Positions 25,769 to 38,012 of a DNA stretch of 64,000 bases are shown in pieces (the stretch's first letter is position 1; each line of letters begins with the position of its first letter). The stretch is from Plasmodiophora brassicae. Lineage: Eukaryota. Location of the stretch: NCBI GenBank assembly GCA_036867785.1, contig CP145424.1, forward strand, positions 124,001 to 188,000, in the 5' to 3' direction. A model generated the notes under the pieces. That model was not told the origin of the DNA. It saw nothing but the letters and a program-made list of their open reading frames with translations, and searched no databases. A program made the translations under genes and the position numbers.

Positions 25769-28700
25769 ATGTTTGTCAGCGGATGGCGGCACTCGTGCGG
25801 GCCCGCTGCGGTCGTCCTGCGCTGCCGGACGGCGTCGTCGTGTGCGGCCAGCGATGACGACGTGGCAGTCATGCTGACGAACGAACCCGCGCTAATACTG
25901 TACGCCGGTCGGCGGCAGGTGACGCGAACACGTCTGCGAAGCGAGCTGGGCTCCCGCCTGGGGAAGCCGATCGATCTGGCCATCCGCTGCTCGTCGTCGT
26001 CCGTCAGCGTCGCTGTCCTGTGGTCCGACCTGGGCATCACATTCTTCGAGCAGCCCTCCCTATCGTCCCCGTTCGAGGAATCATCCTGCATGCAGTTACC
26101 TGCATCGGCCGTGCGCATCACGACGCAGGTCACCGTCGACGACCGCCTGCTGGTGTTCACTGCCGACGCCCAGGTACGTATATGCCGACCTGCCATGCTG
26201 CCCCTGTCGTGCCAGGACTGACCCGTGGTGGTCAGGTCTGGGTGTTCGACTGGGTCCGTCCCGATCTGCGATCCCATCTGCCACAGGGCAGGCGAATCGC
26301 CCTGCCCTGGGCGCACCCGCACCCGCTGATGGGCGTGGAATACGATTCGACGCTGCAGGCGATCGTGGCCGTGACGACCGATGCCGCCAACATTGTCGTC
26401 TGCTCGCCCGTTACGCAGGAGCAGGTTCGCTCCTGGGTCGACCAGGGCGAAGGGCGACCCGCCGCCCAGCAGTTCCCCTGTCGCCTCGTCGAGTCGCCGC
26501 TGGGCGTGTCGTGCGTCGCCCTGAACGCGTCCGACCGTACCGTCATCGTCGGGCATGCCGATGGCAGCCTGTCGACGCTGGCGCTGGGATCCGGGCACAT
26601 GGAACCCATTGCCATGTCCGACTGGCGTCATCCCGGGTCGGGCCCTGTGTCCTGCATTGCCGTCGACGGCAGCGGGTCGGCGTTCGCGGTCGGATGGGCG
26701 CGCTGCGGCCTCGCCGTCCTGTCCACGGGAACCTGGGCGCGTCTCTACTGCTCCTGGACGCTCCATGACAGCGCACGCGCATCCGTCGACGTTGCCCACG
26801 ACGGGTGCGCCCACGTCGACATTCGCCAATGGTCGCTGTCGTACGCGGACCGACACGGTCTGCACACAATGGCGCTCGTTCGGGCCCAGGAACGATGTCA
26901 TCGGCACCTGGTGCTGTTCGGCCGCGATCGCATCCATCTGTGGTCGTCGGGGGAAAGCACCCTGGCGCGCGTCGTACCGCCCGAGTACCCTCTGGGACGC
27001 GACGGCGTTCGCCTGGCGACAATATCGGACAGCGGCAGGCAGCTGGCCGTCGCTGGGCCTCGTGGTGTCGCCGTGTTCAACGACCTGCTCCAAAGGTATG
27101 TAGGTCGCCCTGTCGCGGTCGTGTCGGGCGCGCGTGCCCACGTTCGGTGATGCAGGTGGCGGTGGACGGCGCCGACCTGCGCCTACCGGTGCAGGGCGCT
27201 GCGCTGGTTCGGCGAGTACGTGCTCGTGGCTGGCACGGACGACCACGTCCTGATGATGCCGAGGCAGGACCTGTCGGACACGGGGCAGCTGGTGTCGTTC
27301 CCGGTGTCCGGCCCGGTTGCCTCGATCGACATGGACCCGTACGCGGGCCTGCTGCTCGTGTCCCTCGGCGACGGCCTGCAACAGCTATACGCTGTGCGCG
27401 CCCGCTTCCCTGACCGCGTCTACCCGCCGCCGCTCGGTGGCCACATTGCCGGCGCCGACCTGGCGCGCCTGCGCATCCAATGCCACCTGGTGCGCCAGAT
27501 GCGCCTGCCGCACGCCCCGTCCATCGACCTGCAACTCGCCTGGCAGTACATGGAGGAGACGCCCGGGCCCGCCGATGCGGCTGATGGGGCGGGCGCGGCC
27601 GGTGATCGCGGTCGACGACGCCTGAGCTGGGTCTGGCCCTGGGCGTCGGCCGTGCCGAGCGCACCCGCGCACCGCCTGCCGCCCGGTCTCGCCGTCGGCA
27701 TCCTCCAGCTGACGCGCGACCGCCGCCTGCTGATCCGGACGTTCCCGGCCAGCGACCAGGACGGTGACGATGCGTCCGACGACGTTGTGTTCCTGTGCGA
27801 CAACGTCGAGCGGTTCTGGGTGGGGCCCATCCACGAGGGCGACCACGAGAACAGGCTGCTGTGGACGTACTCGAGCGGGGCGGGGGCGCAGATCTGGCTG
27901 CCGTCGTCGGGTGCCCTGCCGCGTGGCCTGGCCATGACGGGCCGCCTGACGCCATTGTCCGTGTTTGGCGTGTCGCGCGATGTGCAACCGGTCGGCGTCG
28001 CCGCCCGCGTCGGCATGATCCTGGCCGTCAGGCAAGGGCGCCTGCCGACCGGGTGTGCCTCGCTGCAGATCAAGCAGGAGTCGTACCTGCACGTCGTCCT
28101 GCTGCACGAGATCGTTCTCGGGCGGGACGCGCTGGCGCGCGACATGGTCGACCGGTTCCAGGACAGCCCGTTCCTGCTGCATGCGCTGGAGATGCTCCTG
28201 CATGCGTCGATGGAGGCGGACACGCAGGACGGCAAGCGGAGCACGGCGGTCGACCTCGTCCTGAAGTTCGTGCGGCGGTACCCGCTGTACCTGCAGGTCG
28301 TCGTGCGCTGCGCCCGCAAGACCGACTTCTCGCACTGGGGCCGCCTGTTCCCGCTGGCCGGCGTCCCGCTGGCCCTGTTCGAGGAGTGCCTGCAGCGCGG
28401 CGACCTGGCGTCCGCGTCGCACTACCTGCTGGTCCTGCAGCGCACCGAGGGGTCCCTGATCGCCCATCAGAACGCCGTCCGCCTGCTGGACGCGCTGACG
28501 TCCACGGAGCTGACGCCCAGGACCATGCGCATCGCCGTCCAGCTGATGCGGTTCCTGCAGATGTCGCGGGCGCGCAACTGCAGCAACTACGACACGGGCG
28601 CCGAGCTCCAGCGCCGCGTCTCCGATGCGACCCTGTCGGACAGCGCCGCCCCGTCGTCGTCGTTGTCGTCGACCGTGACCAGCCCGCGTATGCTGCTGCC

Positions 28701-28821
28701 CGAACGCCGCCCGTCCGCTGTTGACCTGATGCCGCTGCCGGTGCGCCCCGATGCGGTCCATGCGGACGCCAAGGCGCCGGACGGGTGGATCGATGGCATC
28801 CTCTCCTGGTTCATTCAGTGA
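25769..28821 (+). CDS. RIC1: RIC1 (Ric1-Rgp1 Rab6 GEF subunit)
   Basis: N-terminus 'MFVSGW', WD40-like region, and RIC1 domain 'HALEMLLH..VVVRCARKTDFSHWGRLF..P..LFEECL..L..ASHYLLVLQ'. Introns at about 26174 and 27096. Confidence 0.92.
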
Positions 28822-29297
28822 ACAGCGGCAACCGTGGTCGACGCAGTACGCGCGACCGTCTCCTATGTGCGCGTGCTCCCAATGAACGTGTGCGTCGGTT
28901 CGAGTCGACGCGGCAGCCACTGCCCTGCCACGATTATCAGTCGAAGCAGCCACGCCTCCAGCGCGAGAGGGGGGTCACCTGCCGATTCAGGGCGGTGCGC
29001 TGGACGAGAACCGAGGCCACCATCATCTGGCGCAGGCGTTCCCATCGGGCACACTGGCTGCTACGGAGACGGGCGTGTACCGGCGCTTGCTTTGGACGGT
29101 GCCGTGGGCCGTGGGGGCGGGGTTGCCGACGCGGCTGCGGGTGCCCGGCGGCTGTTGGTTCTGGTGGGTGCTTCCACGGGGTCCGTGAGAGGCCTCGATC
29201 GCCCCGCCGTTACATTGACGATCGTGTCGCAACGGTGACAGCATCATCGCGGCATGCCACGCGCCTGACCACGTCGCCTGCCACTGTCGATCCGGTC

Positions 29298-30844
29298 ATG
29301 GGCCATCTGGATGCCAGTGCCGACGCTGCGCAGCGACGCCACATCCTGTCCAAGGCGCACTCGGTGGCGTTCGAGGCGGCGTACCGCGCCCATGGCTGTC
29401 GTCGCCCGTTGCGTGCTGACATTGACAGGCTGTCCGCCGAGACCGGCATCGAGTTCCAGCGCATCTACAACTGGTTCTCCAATCGTATCACACGCGATAA
29501 GCATCGTGTTCGACGGGACGATGACCGGGCGACCGCGGCGACGGCAACAGCGGTGCCGGCTCCGGCGCCCGGGGCCCCGCCGATCGCCATTGATCTCGCC
29601 GAGGACGTGCAAGCCTACGGCCGGCGATGTGCAACGATCAGCGGGCCTCTGGCCATGCCGTTCCTGCCGTCGGTCGCCAGGTCGCCGTTCGAGGACGAGA
29701 TGGCGCCCATCGAGGTCGAGCTCAGCCGCCTGCAACTGCCGGGCGTGCCCTGCGCGCACCTGCACGGCCTGCTGACACGATACGCCACGCACCTGCAGCA
29801 GTTCAAGACGATGGAGGGGGCGGCGCCACAGTTCTTCCGGGTCGGCCTCGTCGTCTGGACGTCCGTCCAGGCGCACGTGTCAGGTCGGTTGCGGCAGCAC
29901 CTGGTACCGACTCGCCAACCGCCGCTGTACGCGCTCGTCTCACTGCCTTCACGCTGCAGGTCGTTGTGCACGGCGAGATCGCCAGGCGGTTCCGCCAACT
30001 CGATTCGCTGCTGGAGCAGGCCGTTGTCCCTGTACAGCCCGAATTGTAAGGCCGTTGCTGCCGTCAGTCGGGTCCCGAGGTTCTCATTGCTGCCAACGCA
30101 TGGCGTAGTCGACCGGGCGCCGACATGACGACACTGTTCGCCGACGGCACCTGGACGTACCTGGTCGAGTACTACACTAGGTATGCGGTCGACTTCATCG
30201 TCGAGCCGAACGCCATGAACGCGAATCTGGCGCGCGTCCTGCCTGCCTACCGTCGTGTCGTGCCGCCGGAGCAACCGTCGAACGTCCAGCTGGAACGGTG
30301 CCTGAACATCTGCGTTGCCGAGGTCGAGACGATCCTGGCGGTTCGCCACGGGTACGAGAATCCGGATGATTTCGTCTGTCGCCTCTTCTGTCTGTGCGTC
30401 GCCCTGGTGACGTCCAACGTCGGCGCCGAGGCGCTCATCTCCCGCGGGTTGCACGACGAGCTCCAGCTGATCCGGTTCGCGCTCGACCTCGCCTTCGAGC
30501 ATCCGATCATGCGCCAGCGGTTGTCGTCCGTCCACCTGAAGATGATCGTGGCGGGCCTGCTGATTCTGCAGTGCGGTCTGGCCATATCTCGGCCTGTGCA
30601 CCGATCGGTGATCCCCGTCAAGTCGCTGCTCGTTCAACTGCAAGGGCGCTCGGAGGACCTGGCGCGGATACCCTGTGCCGCCCTGTTCCGGACGGTGGCT
30701 CAGGAGGTCGACACGACGCCCTCGGTACCCGAGCTGGTCGAACCTCTGCTCCAGTTCGTGGTCGAGCAGCAGGCGCCACCACCCCCATCGCCGCCTTCCA
30801 ATTCAAACGACGCGCCGGAGGGCGACGCCAGTGTAAAAACGTAA
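29298..30844 (+). CDS. Atypical homeodomain protein with helical C-terminal region, multi-exon
   Basis: 'ILSKAHSVAFEAAY..RPLRADIDRLSAETGIEFQRIYNWFSNR'. Joining to ORF 30125-30844 through short introns is inferred. Confidence 0.72.
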
Positions 30845-31102
30845 TCAGGTACGTCCAACTGCATCGTACAGCTGGTACGCTGCTCCCGGGGGCTGATCGA
30901 TCCAAATCGCAGCACACCCGCCCAAGGTGCGCTTGCTCTTTTACGGAACGTGGATCGCCTAGCTGCACGTGCGTATGGCGACACTCTGTAGGACAAGTCG
31001 GGCGGTATGGCACAACTACTGTTCTAGATGGAAATACATGGCAACGGCTGCATCCCGTTCGCTCCGTCGTCATGCACCAGCCCGCCATATCGTTTACAGA
31101 TA

Positions 31103-32155
31103 TCAGTGAAACGTGAACAGGCCGTTGTACGCTTCCTGGGTATACCTGGCCTCACAGATCTCCTTGCGAAAGCCGGCGGCCCTGGCGGCTGCGATCTTTC
31201 GTTGCCACAGAGCGTACCTGCCCGACACACGTCAGCGGCCACTGCCGACGCTGCAGGGACATGCGAACGTACTTATGCGCCCGCAGCTGGCTACTGGTCA
31301 TGTTTGACGTGTCCACCTGGTCCAGCGCGATGCTCGGTTGCACGAGCAGCAGTTTCGGTGGCGGAATCGTGGAGACGGCCGCCTTGGACAGCCCATGGAC
31401 GACGCCCGGTTCGACAGGCGTACGAGCATGATCAGGTGCCGGGCCAGCATTCGCCGCGTCTTCGGCCAGGTTCTGTTCGGCGATCCGCGCCGTCATGCGA
31501 GCCGTTAGCCGATCGGCATGGTCCGTTTTAAACTGGGCTATACGTCTACGCGCATGGCATTGGGGGTCAGACGGAACCAGCACGCGGGCGTGTCACCGCA
31601 CGGTCTCGCTATACCGTTCTGCTTGTGCCACCTGGTCCGGATCGCCATATGTCAGATCGAACAGAATGTCTTCGACCATCTCCAGGTGGTCATTGTACGC
31701 CTCATCCGACGGGAAGTCGTCGCGCGACAGGGCATGGAACCTGTGAGGACGCGCGGCGCCTGTGTCAGACGAGGCCGGACGGCGTACAGACGTCGACATG
31801 ACACGTACGTATCATCAGTGAGCTTGCGGTACCGGGCCTCGTTCTCGTACTTTTGTTGGGCGAACGTACGCGCATCGAACGACGTCTTGGTGACAGGGCG
31901 TTGGCACCCCCAGCAGGGCACCGAACGACCACGCCTGAACTTCCCCGATATGCATTCGACGCATCTGCGGTACGCATCGGTCAGTGACCGACGTCGCGCT
32001 GCACGATCGACCATCGGGAGAACGTACACGCAGGCGCCACAGCAGGTCGTATAGCGCAGCTGGATGTCTGGGACCAGCGCCCGCGACGTACGACACTCGG
32101 CGCAGACCTGGTCAATGTCATCGTCCGCAGCGGACGCGTCAGGTCCGGGGCCCAT
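31103..32155 (-). CDS. MNAT1: CDK-activating kinase assembly factor MAT1 (RING finger), multi-exon
   Basis: RING 'CAEC..CCG..CVEC..CWGC', plus 'E.E.RYRK', 'DF.SDEAYNDHLEMVEDILFDL' and final exon 'ARAAGFRKEICEARYTQEAYNGLF'. Confidence 0.9.
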
Positions 32156-32481
32156 CCGTCAAGGCGGCGACGACCGTGGGCAGCGACGGCTGGCGAGGTT
32201 CGCGCATTCCGCACGGCGCCGTATGGTCCGAAGGATCGCGTTGCGACCTGGGACGTTGACGAATACGAAATACATTAGGTCAGCGCCGGTGCGATGACCT
32301 GTACTGTTATGTGCGGATATCGAGGGCGACGCGCGTTGACTGCAGTTGCCGCCCGGGACATGAGTGCTGCTGCAGCGCGTACGTACGTACGGCAGGAGCT
32401 GCATGGAGGGTCGGACGGTCCGACAGCGTACGTAGCGGAACATTTTTTGGGGCGGCGGCGGCGGCGCGGCGACGGGTATCG

Positions 32482-35400
32482 ATGGACGCGCCGGCGATGC
32501 TGGTCGATAGCGCCCGTGCCGACCAGGATGCGTGCGACGACGTGCCCGATTGCGCCGTGTCGTATCAGTCGGCGCGCCATGCCGCTACACAGGTCACCGA
32601 CCTGCTCCGCGATGACGCGTTCGCTGGCGATCCGGCCGCCGGCGCTGAACGGGCGACTGCGCTGTTGTCAGCGTTCCAGGAGCACGGTGAGCTCCTTGAC
32701 GCATATCTGCCGGATCTGGTGTCACGTATTGCGTCGCTGTTGACCGGCAATAAGCAGTGTCCGCCCATCGTCGACGCTTGCTCGCTGATGATCTACACGT
32801 TGTGCAACGTACGCGGTGCGAGTACCGTTCGACAGTTGCTCCCGCACACCGTAGCCGACCTCACATTTGTAACCGATTATCTCGGCGCCAAACGTGATCC
32901 TGTGCCGTGGACGACGCAGTACGCCCTGATGCAGTGGCTGGCAGTCTGTGTTCTGGTTCCATTCCAGCTGGAAACCATCCTTCCCTATGCGGATCCGTCG
33001 CGGGCTCTGCTTGACTTGTCCATCACGTACCTGTGCAGGCCGGTTCCTCTGTCATCTGCCGCTGCCGCCTGTACTGCTCGCATTCTGTCACGATCTGACC
33101 CGATGGCCAATGACCGCATGCAGCAGTTCCTTCAGCGCATCCTGCCTATAGTCGCCGATGCAAACGATGCCAATGACGAGTGCATTGGAGCAATGACGGC
33201 TCTGGTGCAGGTCCTCAAGGTCGTGCCCCGGGATCGCGTCCAGCAGTATGCGCCAACCATCGCCGACGCGTGCTTAGCGCGTGACACTCTTTCGTCTAGC
33301 GTCACCGTGCGGAAGCTGTCCATGAAGATCCTACAGCGAGCAGGTCTTTCGATGATGCCAAATTCCATACCCTCCTGGCTGTACAATCGTGGTCGTCGGT
33401 CGTTGCTGCATGCCCTAACCTGGCCTGGCTCGTCTTACAAACCTGTCGACGAAGTATCCAGTGCGAACTCGCCCAAAGGGGACGTTACTCCAGGGGCATA
33501 TGGCCTCGTGCTCGACAAAATTTATGACCTCGTACGGGTCGAATCCATTATCGCCCGCCTGTTGGCCGGCCTTTCTGATGCAAATACCGTTGTTCGATGG
33601 TCATCGGCTAAAGGCATTGGTCGGTGCACGATGCGGTTAGGCCGCCAGCTCGCCGACGATATCGTTTCTTCCGTATTTGATAATTTGCGCTCGGAACCTT
33701 ATAACGCCGATGTGTGGCACGGCGGGCTCCTCTGCCTGGCTGAACTCATCCGGCGTGGCCTAATCCTGCCCGAGCGCCTTCATGAAGTAATCCCAATAGT
33801 TGTCGACGGCCTCGTTTTCGAACGCAGTCGAGGATCGCACGCTGTTGGGGTTCACGTTCGGGATTCGGCCTGTTTTGTTGCCTGGTCGCTGGGACGGGCC
33901 TACACGGCAACCGACCTAGCTGGACATGCATTGTCCCTTGCGTGCGCTCTCGTGCCTGTCGCTGTTTTCGATAGGGATGTCAACGTCCGTCGAGCTGCAT
34001 CTGCCGCATTCCAGGAAAACGCCGGTCGGCATGGGCTTTTCCCAGAAGGCATCCGTGTGACTACGACAGCAGACTACGCATCTGTCGGGATCGTGTCGAA
34101 TTCCTTCAAGAGAGTAGCGCCTGCTGTTGCAGCAATCAGTGATGCCTATCGTCATAGCTTGGTCCGACACCTCCTCATGTACAAGGTCGGTCACTGGGAT
34201 TTGCGGATACGTCTGCTGAGCGGCGATGCACTCTCCCTCATCGATCCTGCATCATGCGCAGACGTAATTCCCCGATGTCTGTCGGACGACATTTCCGAAA
34301 GGCATGGCGCTATCCACGCTCTGTCTTGTTGCATCCGTCGGTTGGGTCGAGTTCCCGATGAGCTGCAAGGCCCAGTGAGGAACCTGCCGATTCGAGTCGA
34401 GACAGGTGGCATGTTCAAGGGGCGTGGCTCTGACATGCTGCGCAGTGCTGTTTGTGCGCTCGTCGAATCCATATCGGCAGCGGGAATGCCGTTGGCCAGT
34501 CGGACTGTCGAGAAGTTGCATGCGATCGTCATTGAATGTCTGGAACAACCGTTGCAGCCAGTGCAGCTTTCGGCCACCAGTGCCCTACGTTCAGTCGTTC
34601 TCCAGTACTCACGGCAGTTGCCTCTTGACGATTTGGTGGATAATTCGGTCCATATCTTGGAGACATCTCTCAACGTACCGCTGGTTAGGGGCCATTGCAT
34701 GGCTCTAGGTGTCTACAACCGCCCTACTGCCAGAACTGTCCTCGCCCTCATCAAAGCCACTCTACCGGTTCAGCCTGACGACCGGCTTGACGTGGAGACT
34801 CGCGTGCAAGGTGTACATTCCCTCGCTTCTTTGTTGTCTCTAGAATGCGCTGTCGCTATTGACCCACCTGCTTCTTTTGGCTCGGGACACACAGAACCTT
34901 CCAATTTGCTATTGCAAGTTCTTGTGAAGGCATTGGATGACTACGCCATCGACAGTCGAGGCGACGTTGGAAGCTGGGTTCGCCTCGCGGCCATGGAACA
35001 TATTGCGGCAGCCATTGAGCGAATCCAAGGCGAACAGCATCTTCCCTTGGTCGAAACTGCCATGCAAGCTCTTGTCAAACAGGCCTGCGAAAAGCTGGAT
35101 CGGATCAGAGAGGCAGCGTGGGGAACACTAATGCAAGTGTCTAGCAAATGCCAAACATTGTGTAGCATTGTTATGCAGCCTGAGGACTGGGTTCATTCTC
35201 ATTTAAGGCTAGCCCCGCTCTTGGGAGATGCAGTGTATGGGAAGCATGTGTTTTCTGGGCTTATCCTTAGTGCTGGTGGGCAGACCGTGTCTGTGTCGAA
35301 GTCTGCTCTTCGTGCGATTGATTCTGCTCTCGACAATGCCGATAATCTCTGCGAGACTCTGGCGATTCGCAGCATTGCATTGTTTGACGATCACCAAGGT

Positions 35401-35991
35401 GATAATCGAGTCACTGTCCCTCTTTTCAAAACTCTTGGGTACGTCTTGACCAGGCCCAACTGTCGCATTCATTTTCGGGTTGTCAACGATATCCGAAAGC
35501 GAATCATTCGCGAGTCGCGAACGATTTCCTCCCGCATTGCATCTATTCCTCTCGTATGCGCTTTACTTCAATTCAATGCTCTACACCGAACGGTTCGTGA
35601 CGGCAACTTCCGCTGTGTCATGAAGTTACTTGTCCATCGGTTCCCCAGAATTCGAAGTGTTATGGCTGAGTCACTTTACAGTCAGCTGGTTGCGCTCGAT
35701 GCCGCCACTGTGGGGCTGGATGAGACTCAGTTCAATGCCGTCCTCGACATAGTGTTGGGGGTCTCGTGGCTAGAATGTCCAGACGAGGAACAAATTGCCT
35801 CGCTGCAGACGTCGCTGGGCATCGTTACAAATGCTTCCGGCGCTCGTCTGTCCCAAACGAAATTGTATGATCAGTCAAGTACACTCAGTGACAACGGACA
35901 CTACTGTTATTCAGGTAATGCTTGCATCCGATTCGAGGGAATTCACTAATTTGCAGCGTTAGATTTTGTATCCGGCCTCAGTCATCCATGA
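32482..35991 (+). CDS. TBCD: Tubulin-folding cofactor D
   Basis: 'DANTVVRWSSAKGIGR', 'WHGGLLCLAELIRRGL', 'VRDSACFVAWSLGRAY', 'FDRDVNVRRAASAAFQENAGR', 'LDDYAIDSRGDVGSWVR'. A small terminal intron (35915-35962) is inferred. Confidence 0.95.
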
Positions 35992-36319
35992 ATACGATCA
36001 ATTAACAACCCGATTTGCACGTTGTGTTTCTTGAGTATCCATTTGGAAGTACTTTAAATAGTTTGGTTTGATTCGCTATAGTGTTTTTGGGAAGGCGCTC
36101 TCCGTGAGGAACTCATAGTTTAGTTTAGGTTAGGGTGCGTAATCGACACCAAACATGGCTTTTTTATGGAACGCCGTTTTTGACCATTTGGCAGCCCCTC
36201 TCTATTTAGTGTCCGGACACTATTTACAGCTTGTTTACTGCTCGTCGCTGAACCTTACTTAGGTTATTCAGGGTTACAAGGTGGAATGTATTAGTAGAAC
36301 GAATAGGATCCGTCAGGAA

Positions 36320-36857
36320 GTTTAGTTTAGTTTAGTTTAGTTTAGTTGTGTTTCGCGCTTTTCAGGCAGGCGCCTCGGTCTCGGGTCCGAGGACCGTAGG
36401 ATCGCTTCCAGAACGGCAGCTTCTCCCGGCCTGGCAGTGCCGGCCTGTCACCTTTGTGCTGGGATCTCGCAGGTTGGCGACTCCGGGGCGAGTCTGAGGG
36501 CTCAATGAGCACCCCACAGGTTCGTAGACCTTGATCTTCCTCACTGTGGTTGATCTGGCTACACTACTGACGACATCCACCCCCACGAGGGAGGTGGTCA
36601 CCTGTTTTACAGGCGCTCCTTCGCCTTCCAACCTGCTCAAGTGATCCCCTAAGAAAACTCCTAAACGACACTTACTGGGCTGTCGGGCACCCATAACATT
36701 TAGGCCCTGTGGCCTTGGCGGGGCAGGTAACCTGCACCGCGAGATCTCGTTGGTCGCATATCAGCACGGGTTTGTTCTTCGTTCGGGGTGGTGTTGGTGG
36801 TCTTGGCGTGTTGTTAGATGTATAGGCACGTTTTGTCCTTTGCAGACTTGAGAATGT
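36320..36857 (-). mobile_element. Probable non-LTR retro-insertion (5'-truncated LINE or SINE) with (CTAAA)n tail and 16-bp TSD
   Basis: TAGGATCCGTCAGGAA at 36304-36319 and 36858-36873 flanks the insert. (TTTAG)5 abuts the left copy. Confidence 0.75.
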
Positions 36858-36873
36858 TAGGATCCGTCAGGAA

Positions 36874-37214
36874 TGTCACGACTGAGTCGTGTTGGCGACT
36901 CAGCCGGCACCAAATTGGGCTCCTTCGTAGCGCTATTGGCGCTTTCGGGACAAAATGAAATTTTTGCGTCCCCACCACGGAGTGCGTGAAATTGCGACGC
37001 GGACCGCCAATGACCGCCACCCATCAGCCGCTAAACGGCTGATAGCCGCTGGGTCCCAATTTGTGCGCAAGACTGCGTCCAAATTGTGCGCGTCGCGATT
37101 TCTGCGACGTTGTTGCATTTGGTGCTGACGACGCCAATACAATAAACGTCCACGGCGCGGACCGACCTCAGTCGGTCAATCCGTGTGGTTGACTCATCGT
37201 GTTCGGTCGTCACA
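36874..37214 (+). mobile_element. Solo LTR of a Gypsy family related to the LTR at 58421
   Basis: Termini TGTCACGAC...GTCGTCACA, flanks AGGAA/AGGGA (4/5 TSD match). Shares AATAAACGTCCACGGC and the following hairpin with 58421-58671. Confidence 0.78.
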
Positions 37215-37427
37215 AGGGAGGTAAAGGACTGATCTCACTGATCAGTGAAGCGTACTGTGTGTCAATTTGACCTGGATGCATAATTCCTGGCAGCTAGAAG
37301 TCGGAGAGCGATGGCTTGCCACCACTGCAATTCTCCCGATTCATTGTCGAGAAGTCAGCTTCAACGCGGGTGGTGTTTGCGGAGACAGTAGCCACACCAC
37401 CACAAAACTCCTGCAGGGCGCAGAAGC

Positions 37428-37570
37428 TAGGGATGTTCACGGCGCGGCTAACGGCTAGCCGGCTAAAACGTTTTGGTAGCCGGCTAGCGGGACATTTAGC
37501 CGGCTAGCTATCGGCTTACCCGGCTAGCGGGACATTTAGCCGGCTAGCTATCGGCTTAGCCGGCTAAACC
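37428..37570 (+). mobile_element. hAT-like transposon end with subterminal palindromic repeats
   Basis: Starts TAGGGATG (hAT-type TIR). Followed by many (TA)GCCGGCTA units and a 40-bp tandem duplication at 37481-37560. No partner TIR was seen. Confidence 0.55.
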
Positions 37571-38012
37571 CATGACGTCTTCTTCCGCTGTTTCATGCGA
37601 CGGCCAGTAGAAGAATCCGTCCCGGTCGTTGAATGTCGGCAGAAGCATCCTCGGATTCTTCGTCTGACGTGAGTCAAGACACGCACCCTCAAGCACTACC
37701 ACCTGGCAACACCCTCAAGTAGTGTACTGCCTCCTTCACCAGTCAGACACGTCCATTGCCTCTGCGGACTAATATATCACTCTGTTATTGGTTGCCTTGA
37801 TTGGTTGTGGGCCCATAAAGCGCTCGCCTGTTGCTGTTACCGCCGCTGTTACTGTTGCTGTTGCCGCCGTCGCCGCTGCTGTTGCAGGCGCCGTCCTGCA
37901 TAATGCCCCCCCCCCCCCCTTCTGCTGCCTCGCCTCACTATCCTACCGTTATGCCGATCACGCGCCACGGCTCTGACAAACAAATTCTTACTGGACGACC
38001 ATCGAGAGGAAC

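Noticed and set aside
1-32000. Many long overlapping or antisense ORFs (for example 2976-5060 +, 10496-12334 +, 27385-28953 -)
   Set aside because: Shadow ORFs caused by high GC and codon bias of the real genes, giving R/P/A/G-rich translations without motifs.
12295-35991. Functional cluster of cell-cycle genes (UBE2T, DBF4, MAT1, TBCD)
   Set aside because: They are interspersed with unrelated genes and no shared regulatory motif was seen, so chance is sufficient.
36117-36346. Telomeric or interstitial telomere repeats (TTTAG, TTAGGG-like)
   Set aside because: Only one TTAGGG is present. The (TTTAG)5 run is better explained as a retro-insertion tail.
37441-37570. CRISPR-like array of GCCGGCTA repeats
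   Set aside because: No unique spacers, eukaryotic context and no cas genes. It fits transposon subterminal repeats.
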